Origin: a virus | Taxonomy: Duplodnaviria; Caudoviricetes | Virus record (IMG/VR): IMGVR_UViG_3300026320_000008 | Location: 1-51,938 of that record | Reading direction: 5' to 3' (one strand) | DNA: 51,938 bases | Shown here: in pieces, positions 1 to 8,575 of the stretch | Layout of the letters: the number at the start of each line of letters is the position of its first letter | How positions within the stretch are numbered: position 1 is the stretch's first letter | Program-made: the position numbers and the translations under genes | Notes under the pieces: model-generated | What the model was told of the DNA's origin: nothing | The model's database searches: none | The model's input: the letters and a program-made list of their open reading frames with translations, nothing else

Positions 1-13
1 TCAGAATAATGCA

Positions 14-184
14 TCAGCGGCCTTCTAATGAGCTTGGCGGGGCATCGTAGTCTTCATGGAGGTTTGTTTGTATATCTTTCTGTGAAATATCTATTTCACG
101 TTGTGAATACGGGAAGAAATTCCAATATTCATCGAAATTAAAGAGATCTATATCTTTTTGTTGAATCTTCAGTTTATCACTCAT
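14..184 (-). CDS. Hypothetical protein (short, divergent from the structural arm; may not be real)
   Basis: ORF track 14..253; the likelier start is MSDKLKIQQ at 184 because the upstream part overlaps the + strand promoter. No motif recognised. Confidence 0.3.
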   Translation of the reverse strand: MSDKLKIQQKDIDLFNFDEYWNFFPYSQREIDISQKDIQTNLHEDYDAPPSSLEGR

Positions 185-216
185 AAAAATATATTTCCTT
201 CTATGTACGATTTTAC

Positions 217-245
217 TTGACAAAGTTACGGAATTGTGGTATAAT
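217..245 (+). promoter_or_regulatory. Consensus sigma70 promoter for the structural arm
   Basis: TTGACA (217-222), 17-nt spacer, TGnTATAAT (240-245), with an AT-rich upstream region. Confidence 0.85.
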
Positions 246-253
246 GCACTCAA

Positions 254-287
254 AATAAATAATACTACAAAATAATAAATAATACTA
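254..287 (+). repeat. Direct repeat AATAAATAATACTA x2 just downstream of the promoter
   Basis: Copies at 254-267 and 274-287. Confidence 0.6.
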
Positions 288-326
288 TTATTTTCATTTG
301 TCTATTTATAACAGAAGGAAGAATGT

Positions 327-665
327 TTGTCAAGAGAAAAACAGATTCATGAAGGATATTTAATGATTGATCATAGAGCTTCTCCAGGATTCACTGAAGA
401 AGAAGCTCTGAAGCTCGGTTATGGTCCTTTAGCTGCTGGAGAAGGTCAACTCTTCGAAGCCAAGACAAATCATTGTTCTCATTGTGGTACCGTCGTTATT
501 ATGAATCCTCTTCGTACGAGAGAAAGAAGCTATTGTCAGAAATGTAATAAGTACATTTGCGACAATTGCGGAATAACGATGAAATTACCAGATTATGTAC
601 ATAAAACTTATATTCAACAACAAGAAGAAGATTTAACCTTCTATTCAAACCTTAAGGAAAATTAA
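327..665 (+). CDS. Zn-binding hypothetical protein
   Basis: CSHC...CQKC...CDNC cysteine pairs; TTG start after GAAGGAAG. Confidence 0.7.
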   Translation: MSREKQIHEGYLMIDHRASPGFTEEEALKLGYGPLAAGEGQLFEAKTNHCSHCGTVVIMNPLRTRERSYCQKCNKYICDNCGITMKLPDYVHKTYIQQQEEDLTFYSNLKEN

Positions 666-1201
666 TGGCTAAACGATCGTTTAACACCTTTGGTGTTACA
701 TTCCCAGCTACTGCCTTAGCTACTGCTGCAACCACCTCTGGCTATATGGCTATGGTTGGTTCGTCTACTACACAGGTTACGGACATCAACGAAATCTTGA
801 TTTCAGGGACTGCTTCTGCATCAACTATCGGCGCATTTGCTTTTATCCCGATCTCTACTGCTCAGACTGGCGGTGCATCTGCTCTAGCTGCTCCCAATTC
901 AGATGGTCCCATGCAATCCAATGCGACTCCAACCATCAATACAACCTTTATTGCTGCAGTTACTACTCAACCTCAAGCGTCCAATGCTATTACCGCACCT
1001 AAGATTAACGTTGGTCTAAACACTTTCGGTGGTATTATACGATGGAACGCAGCTCCCACACAACAGTTTACCTTAATTGGTAATGCTATCTTTGCTGCAG
1101 GTCCTCCTGTTACCTTCGGTCAGGCTATTCTTTTGAATATGTCTGCTGGTACTGGTGCGTCTACTACTGCTAACGTGCATATTATCTATGAGCCTTATTA
1201 A
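665..1201 (+). CDS. Putative virion decoration/structural protein (A/T/S/G-rich, beta-type)
   Basis: 178 aa, TAATG-coupled, AAGGA RBS, composition typical of structural proteins. Confidence 0.55.
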   Translation: MAKRSFNTFGVTFPATALATAATTSGYMAMVGSSTTQVTDINEILISGTASASTIGAFAFIPISTAQTGGASALAAPNSDGPMQSNATPTINTTFIAAVTTQPQASNAITAPKINVGLNTFGGIIRWNAAPTQQFTLIGNAIFAAGPPVTFGQAILLNMSAGTGASTTANVHIIYEPY

Positions 1202-1575
1202 TGGCTTTTAACGACGCTGCTATTCTCGCTGGCGACCCTGCTTTTCAAGGTAGGGTCGGAGCAGCTTTATTCACGTTTTGTCAAGTAGTTGCGACTGAAA
1301 ATCCAGCAACTGTTCCCTTTCATCGAGAACGTGCTAATTATGTAGTCCAAGTATTTACAGCATCTCTAAATGCGCAAGGAGTAAATCCTTGGGTACCTAT
1401 TTTCTCCAATACAGTAGCTACAGATACAACTGTTATAGCAGATGCTACAGTAGCAGGAACAGTTCCTCTAACTCTCGCTAATAGAGCTGCACAAGCACTT
1501 TTAGTAACAGATACTCATATTTCTAATGCAGTAGCTTCTCAATTTAATAGTTACATTAGAGAACCTGACGTTTAA
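1201..1575 (+). CDS. Hypothetical (putative structural) protein
   Basis: 124 aa, TAATG-coupled. Confidence 0.55.
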   Translation: MAFNDAAILAGDPAFQGRVGAALFTFCQVVATENPATVPFHRERANYVVQVFTASLNAQGVNPWVPIFSNTVATDTTVIADATVAGTVPLTLANRAAQALLVTDTHISNAVASQFNSYIREPDV

Positions 1576-1582
1576 GTTTTAA

Positions 1583-3322
1583 ATGGCTATTACCTTTGTT
1601 CAAAAAGCTATATCTGCTGATAATGGTTCAGGTACAACAGTAACTGTAAATATTACAGCGGGAACAACAGGTAATTTGATCTGTGGTTCAGTTGTTTGGA
1701 ACGATCCTCAGACTCTAACGAGTGTCAAAGATAATAATGGCGTAACTTACAATATTGTAGATAATACAGATGATGCAGGTGATGGCGTGTCTATGGCGAC
1801 ATTCTATTTACCTAACATATCTGGAGCACCTACTTCTATTATTGCCACATTCAGTGCTAGTGCTATAGTCACTCGAATTGAAGTACAAGAATGGTCGGGT
1901 GTAGCCACTACAACTCCGCTAGATGGGCATATAGCGCAGCAGACTAGTGGAGCAACAGTTTCTTCAGGAAATATAACTACCACTGTTGGTGGTGATTTAA
2001 TTTATGGCTCTGCTATAAGTGCAATCAGTAATACTGCTCTAACAGTTGGTTCTGGATTTACCATAAGAAATAGTGGACAAGGTTCTGGCTTTGTCAGACC
2101 TATGGCAGATGAAAGTCAGATACAGTCTTCTGCAGGAACTATAGCAGCAACATTCACATCAAATCCTACTACAGATACATGTATTGTAGCTGTAATGGCT
2201 TTTAAAGCGGCTGCAGTAACTGCTAATCCTGTTGTTGGAAAGATCTACGACTTACCTCCAAGGGGATTTGTCTATTCCGAATGGCAAAAGTGGACAGAGA
2301 GTGGATTAACTACTCTTCCCGTTCCTACGTTATTAACTCAGACTTTACGTGTTCAAAGAGATTGGCCTAATCCTTATCCTGTAAATTGGTATCAAGATTG
2401 GAGAGAATGGACTACTTTACCTCGTCCTACTCCGTTTAGACCAATAGATACATATGCATTTCCACCTCTTTATTATAACGTCAATCTTTGGCAAGAAACA
2501 GGTAATTCTAGTCTTCCGATACCTCTGACTCCTCAAGGTCAACCATTTGGTTTAGATTTAAGTCAAAACAATATACCTAATCTTACTTGGTATCAGAGTT
2601 GGACTGTCTCTGGTAATGCGTTAACAGCAGTTACACAGAATCCGTTCATACAAAAGGATTGGCCTAATCCTCAGAGAATTAATTGGTATCAAAGTTGGAC
2701 TGAAAGCTTCAATCTAACTAATCCCTTCAGTCAGTTAGATTGGCCGGTGCCAAAAATTTATAAGCCTATTGATCAATTTTGGTCTCAAAGTTTAACGATT
2801 TTCTACCAATCTGAAACATTTCCATTCGTACAATTGGATTATCCTAATCCTCAGAGAACAATCTGGTATGAAGATTGGTTTCAAAATCTTCTTGAAAATA
2901 CGTTGGCTCCTGCGTTTCAGGCACCATTCAATCAAACAGATTGGCCTTTACCCAGAACATTTAACCCTATTGATCAGTTCTGGCAAAATAGTCTACAGCT
3001 TATACCCAAGCCTACACCATTTTTTCAGACAGATTGGCCGCTTCCACGAACATTTACACCTCTCGATCAATTCTGGGCTGCAAATCCAGAGCTTTTATTA
3101 CAGTTTGTATCAGGACAACCCTTTACTCAAACTGATTGGCCTCTCCCCAAAGGCAACATTCCGATCGACCAATTCTGGTCTATCAATACAAGTAATCTCC
3201 CGATTCCGTCTCCTCCTCCTGTGGAACAAGGTTTTGCAGGACATCAGTGGACAGAAGCAGATGTAAAACGTGCTGCAGCAACATGGTTAGGTCTATTGGG
3301 AGCATATAAGCGATGGCGGTAG
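1583..3322 (+). CDS. Two-part protein: T/S-rich beta N-domain plus Trp/Pro/Gln repeat region
   Basis: 579 aa; ~210-aa MAITFVQ-type N-domain followed by 7 copies of (PF)xQxD(W/Y)PxP...(DQFW/WYQxW). Confidence 0.75.
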   Translation: MAITFVQKAISADNGSGTTVTVNITAGTTGNLICGSVVWNDPQTLTSVKDNNGVTYNIVDNTDDAGDGVSMATFYLPNISGAPTSIIATFSASAIVTRIEVQEWSGVATTTPLDGHIAQQTSGATVSSGNITTTVGGDLIYGSAISAISNTALTVGSGFTIRNSGQGSGFVRPMADESQIQSSAGTIAATFTSNPTTDTCIVAVMAFKAAAVTANPVVGKIYDLPPRGFVYSEWQKWTESGLTTLPVPTLLTQTLRVQRDWPNPYPVNWYQDWREWTTLPRPTPFRPIDTYAFPPLYYNVNLWQETGNSSLPIPLTPQGQPFGLDLSQNNIPNLTWYQSWTVSGNALTAVTQNPFIQKDWPNPQRINWYQSWTESFNLTNPFSQLDWPVPKIYKPIDQFWSQSLTIFYQSETFPFVQLDYPNPQRTIWYEDWFQNLLENTLAPAFQAPFNQTDWPLPRTFNPIDQFWQNSLQLIPKPTPFFQTDWPLPRTFTPLDQFWAANPELLLQFVSGQPFTQTDWPLPKGNIPIDQFWSINTSNLPIPSPPPVEQGFAGHQWTEADVKRAAATWLGLLGAYKRWR

Positions 3323-3546
3323 ATACCAGCGCGCTAAAAGCGAAAACTAAACACATGCCAGCGCGCTATACCATCAAGTACAACGACATGCCAGCGCGCT
3401 ATAATTGGGGTCTTATTCTCGGTTATGCGAGTGCTAAAAAGGCAGGAAAAGCACGCATGAATTCAATGACAACAGAAGAAAAAACACAATTTCAATCTAA
3501 TGCCGCTAAAGCTAGATGGAATAAACAAAAGGAAAACTTAATATAA
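3313..3546 (+). CDS. Small basic protein with GKAR...TxEEK...AAKARW motif
   Basis: C-terminus resembles the widespread small-protein motif LGxxGGKARAxxLTxExRxxxAxxAAxARW. Confidence 0.55.
   Translation: MAVDTSALKAKTKHMPARYTIKYNDMPARYNWGLILGYASAKKAGKARMNSMTTEEKTQFQSNAAKARWNKQKENLI
3326..3403. repeat. Three copies of CCAGCGCGCTA (palindromic core AGCGCGCT), period 32-33 nt
   Basis: Copies at 3326, 3358 and 3391; copies 2 and 3 extend to ACATGCCAGCGCGCTATA. Confidence 0.8.
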
Positions 3547-3761
3547 TGGATTACGCAGTACACAACGTTCCTTCATATCAACATATGCAAGGATCTGCGT
3601 CACCCGCACATATGGGTTCCAAATCACATACATCTTCCACAAGTGGTCCAGTCACGCCGTCAGGCCATGGGCTAGGTGGTGGTGGCGCTGTGACCAAGGA
3701 TCCAGGTGGGTCGACACGCGGAAAGATCGGTTCTGGAGCCGGTAAAATGGGTATGGATTAA
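3546..3761 (+). CDS. Small Gly/Ser-rich disordered protein
   Basis: 71 aa, AAGGA RBS, TAATG coupling. Confidence 0.6.
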   Translation: MDYAVHNVPSYQHMQGSASPAHMGSKSHTSSTSGPVTPSGHGLGGGGAVTKDPGGSTRGKIGSGAGKMGMD

Positions 3762-3762
3762 G

Positions 3763-3945
3763 GTGAAGAAAAGAACTAAAGCAAGTCACATTCACTCTTC
3801 TTTCCCCTCGGAAGGAACAGTTCAACCAAATTATATGGGTTCACAGAGTCAGACACCCAATTTGGATCAACAATTAATGGGGCCAGCAGCTCCACAACTT
3901 CCTGTTGATTCAGCTACCAATATGACTCCTCAAGGAGAATACTAA
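3763..3945 (+). CDS. Small Gln/Pro-rich hypothetical protein
   Basis: ORF track 3706..3945; likelier GTG start at 3763 right after the previous stop; TAATG-coupled to the next gene. Confidence 0.45.
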   Translation: MKKRTKASHIHSSFPSEGTVQPNYMGSQSQTPNLDQQLMGPAAPQLPVDSATNMTPQGEY

Positions 3946-4160
3946 TGGCTTATCTTGGAAATAGGTCTCTTCCTACGTCTAAATTTACATATAAAGACAG
4001 CCGAGGCAACGAATACTGTGTTTCCACTGAAACTGGAGATCAGAATCGTCCTTCTGCAGAAAGTCTCATGTATAGCGTTCAGGATGGTGGAGATCACACA
4101 AACTGTAAAGAACGAGAACTCGGTGTTCCCACATCATGGCCAGCTGAACAGAAGGTCTAA
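3945..4160 (+). CDS. Small hypothetical protein
   Basis: 71 aa, AAGGAG RBS, TAATG coupling at both ends. Confidence 0.6.
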   Translation: MAYLGNRSLPTSKFTYKDSRGNEYCVSTETGDQNRPSAESLMYSVQDGGDHTNCKERELGVPTSWPAEQKV

Positions 4161-6127
4161 TGTCTTTTTCAGATATGAGTACCATCGTTGATTTAGGTGG
4201 TCAAAATCTATACTGTAATAGTTTAAGAGTAGGAGTATCTAAACCTGATTTAGTAGGCCCTTTTAATGCAACTACTATAGGAAGTAGTGTATCAGCCAAT
4301 GTTATGAGCACCTTGGCTTTTGGAACTATAGGAGATGGTGTTGCTGATGATACAGCTGCGTTAAATTCTGCTTTTTCTTTCGGAGCAATCAACAATGTTG
4401 GTATTTATATTCCAGCAGGTAAATACAAGATCACTTCCCCTTTGTTTGTAACGCAACAGGGAAGTAATCAACAGTCTTGTCATATAGTTGGTGCTGGACG
4501 TGGTTTTAGTAAAAATCAAACTCAAACTATAATTGATGCAACGGCGATAACAAATAAACCAGCGATCATTATTCAACGTGGTTTCGGTTGTTATCTTGGA
4601 CATTTCATGGTGTTGGGTGGCAATATTGCTCCTCAAACATTTATAGCTAACTACGGTCCAATGTTGTACAATGCGGCATGGGTTACGGGCAGTTTGCGTG
4701 ATTCACGATACAGTCCACATTGTGGTATTTCTATTGATGGAGGAGTAGGATCTACACCTCCAGACGGAGGTTATCCGGGACTTACCTACCAAGGTGCTAC
4801 TACTGGCTCATCTGACGTCGTGCTTGATAATATCGGTCTTTGGAATTTTGTTGTAGGTATTATGCACAACAGTGAGCAAAATGTCGCTAATGGTGACAAT
4901 GTTCGTATTATCAATCCACAAATTGTATATGCAAAAGTTGGGATTGCCTCTGGTCAGTCTCAGTCGGATGCCTGCACAGTTTTTGGAGGTAACATTGGAT
5001 TTTGTCGTACCTGTGTGGATATGTTGGAATATGGTCAACAACAAGGGCATCCCATGACTCTTATTGAGGTCCAATATGGTCCTGGATTTGAGTGTTTTTC
5101 ACAGGGTGGTTCATTTGGTCCTCAGAATTTGTTCGGAGGTCGTGCGGAGAGTGTTCATCGTTTGGGACAAATCGGAACTGGTTCATCGCCATCTTCCTTT
5201 CCGCTTCTTCTCGATGGCTTTGATTGCCATGTACTTAACCAGACACTTTACCCACAGACTCGCTGTCCAATCGTTTTAGAATCGGCATCGAGTCCTGTTG
5301 AATGGAACGGTGGTGGTTTGAGTGAAGATTCGACCAACGGCGCATCTTCATTTGCACTTGTTGGTCAGCCATTGACTATGCGTGGTGCATTTATCCGTAT
5401 GGCTAACCGATTTCAACCTTTTATTGGCGGCTCGCTTGATTTTCAGTATCCTGTCGAATTACGTAACTGCCGAGTTGCTGACAATACCAATGCAGTTATA
5501 TACGGAAATGAATCTAGACAGTTTAGTTTGTCGAGTCGCGTAAGTGCGCACTGGTCAGAAGGTAAACTTAGAGATGCAAATAACTTATACCAGTATAAAC
5601 CGGGTGCTGGCGATAATTATATCAATATCGGTGCGCAATCAGCAATTGTCTTTACGTCTACAACATTGACTTTTAATAATAATGATCCATCTGGGTTGCA
5701 AATTGGTGATTTAATCATGTGGCGGTTCAATGCTGTTGGCAAGTCTTTGGTTCAACACACTGTTCCGGCTGTGCAGATTACCGGTATAGTTGGTAGCGTA
5801 GTTACGTGTAATTTGCTCTATCCTCTAAGTTATTATGATCAAACATATAACATAGGTACAACTTCGGTAGTTGTTAACGAATGGGCATCCGCGCCTACTG
5901 CAGCTCTTACAGCAAATACAACGAACACTAGTCCTACGCTTTCAAGTGTCTCGCCTACAACTGTGCTTCAAAATGGTGATTGGATTTCTGGTGCAGGTAT
6001 TCCAGCAAACACACGAGTTGTTTCAGGAGGCGGAACAGCAACGGTTACGATGTCACGAAATGCGACGGCAACAGCAACGGGAATCAATGTGGTTTTCGGG
6101 ACTGTTAAAACGGTGCAATTGGTATAA
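4160..6127 (+). CDS. Pectin-lyase-like beta-helix spike / polysaccharide-binding depolymerase
   Basis: FGTIGDGVADDTAAL...IYIPAGKYKITSPL N-terminal beta-helix signature; C-terminal beta domain (ISGAGIPANTRV). Confidence 0.75.
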   Translation: MSFSDMSTIVDLGGQNLYCNSLRVGVSKPDLVGPFNATTIGSSVSANVMSTLAFGTIGDGVADDTAALNSAFSFGAINNVGIYIPAGKYKITSPLFVTQQGSNQQSCHIVGAGRGFSKNQTQTIIDATAITNKPAIIIQRGFGCYLGHFMVLGGNIAPQTFIANYGPMLYNAAWVTGSLRDSRYSPHCGISIDGGVGSTPPDGGYPGLTYQGATTGSSDVVLDNIGLWNFVVGIMHNSEQNVANGDNVRIINPQIVYAKVGIASGQSQSDACTVFGGNIGFCRTCVDMLEYGQQQGHPMTLIEVQYGPGFECFSQGGSFGPQNLFGGRAESVHRLGQIGTGSSPSSFPLLLDGFDCHVLNQTLYPQTRCPIVLESASSPVEWNGGGLSEDSTNGASSFALVGQPLTMRGAFIRMANRFQPFIGGSLDFQYPVELRNCRVADNTNAVIYGNESRQFSLSSRVSAHWSEGKLRDANNLYQYKPGAGDNYINIGAQSAIVFTSTTLTFNNNDPSGLQIGDLIMWRFNAVGKSLVQHTVPAVQITGIVGSVVTCNLLYPLSYYDQTYNIGTTSVVVNEWASAPTAALTANTTNTSPTLSSVSPTTVLQNGDWISGAGIPANTRVVSGGGTATVTMSRNATATATGINVVFGTVKTVQLV

Positions 6128-6240
6128 TGCCCGCAGGTTATCTTAAATTAAAACGTAAATACGGTACAGTAAAAGCCGCTAAGATTTGGAATTCCAAGAT
6201 GAAGGGTACTGGTAAAACCGTTGGAAAAGGAAGATCATAA
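6127..6240 (+). CDS. 37-aa basic peptide (MPAGYLKLKRKYGTVKAAKIWNSK...)
   Basis: Read manually; TAATG-coupled on both sides and fills the gap exactly. Confidence 0.55.
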   Translation: MPAGYLKLKRKYGTVKAAKIWNSKMKGTGKTVGKGRS

Positions 6241-6497
6241 TGGCTAATAGATTTGTTAGTAATGTTACTGCTGCTGCGAGTACAGCAGTCGCAATCACAC
6301 CTACAGATGGTGTTGATTTAACATCAAATACTCGTGCTCTTTGGATAGGCGGTGCTGGTACTTTGACTGTTAATATGGCAGGCGATGGTAATTCAGTGTT
6401 GTTTTCGGGTATTCCCGCAGGAACACTTCTCCCTATTCAAGTTAGTAGGGTATCTTCAACAGGTACTACAGCTACCCTAATTGTAGGTCTTAATTAA
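6240..6497 (+). CDS. Head spike base protein (RcGTA Rcc01079-like)
   Basis: AITPTDGVDL..TRALWIGGAG.L.V.MAG...V.F..IPAG.LLPIQV.RV..TGTTAT.IV.L matches my recollection of that family. Confidence 0.7.
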   Translation: MANRFVSNVTAAASTAVAITPTDGVDLTSNTRALWIGGAGTLTVNMAGDGNSVLFSGIPAGTLLPIQVSRVSSTGTTATLIVGLN

Positions 6498-6544
6498 TGT
6501 CTGTTAAACATGTTAAAATCAATATAGGCTTAAGTCTTTAGTGA

Positions 6545-6823
6545 ATGATTGTTTGGGAAATAAGTTTAGGAACTTTAATAACTCTTGTAACAGTTATATT
6601 TGCTGGAGCGGGCTTCTATTGGAGACAAACGTATGACGCCTCTGTTATTAAAGAAGATATAAGAGATATCAAAGAAGATATTAAGATCTTGAATAAGCTG
6701 ATTATTGAATCAGCTATCTTAACTAAAGATGTATTGTTTTTAAAAGATCGTCTTGAATTGTTTGAACGCAGATTTGATAAGGTTTTAGATTATCTTCGTA
6801 GAGATGGACATGGAATCGACTGA
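6545..6823 (+). CDS. Single-TM coiled-coil protein (holin-like)
   Basis: N-terminal TM (ISLGTLITLVTVIFAGAGFYW) followed by a heptad-rich tail. Confidence 0.55.
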   Translation: MIVWEISLGTLITLVTVIFAGAGFYWRQTYDASVIKEDIRDIKEDIKILNKLIIESAILTKDVLFLKDRLELFERRFDKVLDYLRRDGHGID

Positions 6824-8456
6824 AAAAAAGAAGGGTAGGCCTAAGGGTTCACTCAATAAACGTACTAAAGATAGAATTGAGGCTGTAGAGAAAGTACAAC
6901 GTGTTTCCAAGCTTAAAGAAGCTCGTGAACAACATAGAATAGAAGCTGAATCCAGATTCGAACGTTTCATTGAAATCATTCAACCTCGTAGAGTCTTAGG
7001 CAATATTCATAGAGAAGTGATATCCTGGTGGACACGACAAGATGCTTTAACACATCAGCTCATTCTTCTACCCCGCGATCACATGAAATCGGCCCTTGTA
7101 GTTCTTAGAGCTGCATGGGAGATTACACGTAATCCTGCTATTAGAATTCTGCTAATATCAGCAACATCCAATCTCGCAACCAAACAATTAAAAGCTCTTA
7201 AAGATATTCTGACTTGTGATCAATATCGGTTACTTTGGCCAGATATGGTCTTTCCAGAGGAAGCTCGTAGAGAGAAGTGGACTGAAAGGGAAATATCCGT
7301 TGACCATCCGAAAAGACGAGAAGAATACATTAGAGAACCTACCGTATTCACAGCAGGACTCACTACCAATATTGTTGGTTTGCACTGCGACATCGCCATC
7401 TTGGACGACGTTGTCGTCGAAGACAACGCATATACTCAAGAAGGCAGGGATAGAGTTGCCAGCCAATACGGTTATTTATCCTCAGTAGAAGGTGTAGGTG
7501 CACGCGAATGGGTCGTAGGTACTAGATATCATCCTAGTGATCTATATTCCAGACTTATCGAAATGGAAGTCGAAGAATACGATGAAATCGGTGATCTCGT
7601 TAATAAACGTTCTCTATTCGAAGTTAAGCAACATGAAGTAGAATCGATGGGAGATGGAACTGGTGAGTTCCTCTGGCCCCGCCAACAACGTTCAGATGGT
7701 GCTTGGTTTGGTTTCGATGCAAAGATCTTAGCCATTAAGAAAGCTCAGTATCTCAATAAAACACACTTCAGAGCTCAGTATTACAATGATCCTCGGGATG
7801 CAGAGTCAGCTCCAATCAAGAGAGAACAGTTTCAATATTATGATCAGAACTTCCTACATTGTAAGGAAGGTAAATGGTATTACAAGAACAACCGTTTGAA
7901 CATATTTGCAGCTGTAGACTTCGCTTATACCATCGGAAAGAAATCAGATTACAGCGCTATTGTAACAGTAGGTTGCGACAGTTTCAACAATTATTACATC
8001 CTAGAGATAGATCGGTTCAAGACTGACAAACATTCAGAATATTACAAGAGAATTCTAAAGTTATATGAGAAATGGGGTTTCAGAAAGATACGCGCTGAAG
8101 TATCAGGCGCTCAAATATCAATAGTTAATGATCTTAAAAACAACTACATACGTCCTAATGGTTTGTCTTTGTCTGTAGACGAATATCGTCCTTCTCGTTT
8201 AGAAGGCGCTAAGGAAGAACGTATAGCAGCTGTATTAGAACCTAGATACGATAATGGTCAGATATGGCATTACCCTAGTGGTAACTGTCAAATCTTAGAA
8301 GAAGAACTCGTAGTGATGAATCCTCCTCACGATGACGTGAAAGATGCACTTGCAGCTGTAATATCTATGGCTGTACCTCCTACCAGCTTCTTCTCATATG
8401 CAAGAACTTTGAATACAGACTTTAGTTTCCACCAGAAATTTGGAGGTGTTCTTTGA
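6804..8456 (+). CDS. terL: Terminase large subunit
   Basis: Walker A variant LPRDHMKS, Walker B IAILDD, coupling motif VGTRYH, nuclease AVDFA and HDDVKDALA; lies upstream of the portal. Confidence 0.92.
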   Translation: MDMESTEKKKGRPKGSLNKRTKDRIEAVEKVQRVSKLKEAREQHRIEAESRFERFIEIIQPRRVLGNIHREVISWWTRQDALTHQLILLPRDHMKSALVVLRAAWEITRNPAIRILLISATSNLATKQLKALKDILTCDQYRLLWPDMVFPEEARREKWTEREISVDHPKRREEYIREPTVFTAGLTTNIVGLHCDIAILDDVVVEDNAYTQEGRDRVASQYGYLSSVEGVGAREWVVGTRYHPSDLYSRLIEMEVEEYDEIGDLVNKRSLFEVKQHEVESMGDGTGEFLWPRQQRSDGAWFGFDAKILAIKKAQYLNKTHFRAQYYNDPRDAESAPIKREQFQYYDQNFLHCKEGKWYYKNNRLNIFAAVDFAYTIGKKSDYSAIVTVGCDSFNNYYILEIDRFKTDKHSEYYKRILKLYEKWGFRKIRAEVSGAQISIVNDLKNNYIRPNGLSLSVDEYRPSRLEGAKEERIAAVLEPRYDNGQIWHYPSGNCQILEEELVVMNPPHDDVKDALAAVISMAVPPTSFFSYARTLNTDFSFHQKFGGVL

Positions 8457-8575
8457 TTGATTGGAATGAGATTCCAATAAAATGGATCTGTAGTTGTGGA
8501 GAATATAATTCAGAATCATGGAAAATATATCCAAAGAAATGCAAGAAATGTGGTTTAGCTAGAGGTTCAAGATGA
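8453..8575 (+). CDS. 40-aa Zn-ribbon peptide
   Basis: Read manually: GGAGGT RBS, TTG start, WICSCGEYN...CKKC. Confidence 0.55.
   Translation: MIDWNEIPIKWICSCGEYNSESWKIYPKKCKKCGLARGSR

Noticed and set aside
2340-3180. Diversity-generating retroelement TR/VR pair
   Set aside because: The repeats are protein-level, differences are not adenine-specific, and no reverse transcriptase is present
2868-3266. Alternative-frame 132-aa ORF inside the repeat protein
   Set aside because: Probable by-product of the repetitive coding sequence; no RBS
3326-3403. Mini CRISPR array
   Set aside because: The repeat is only 11-18 nt with a 32-33-nt period and no cas genes are present
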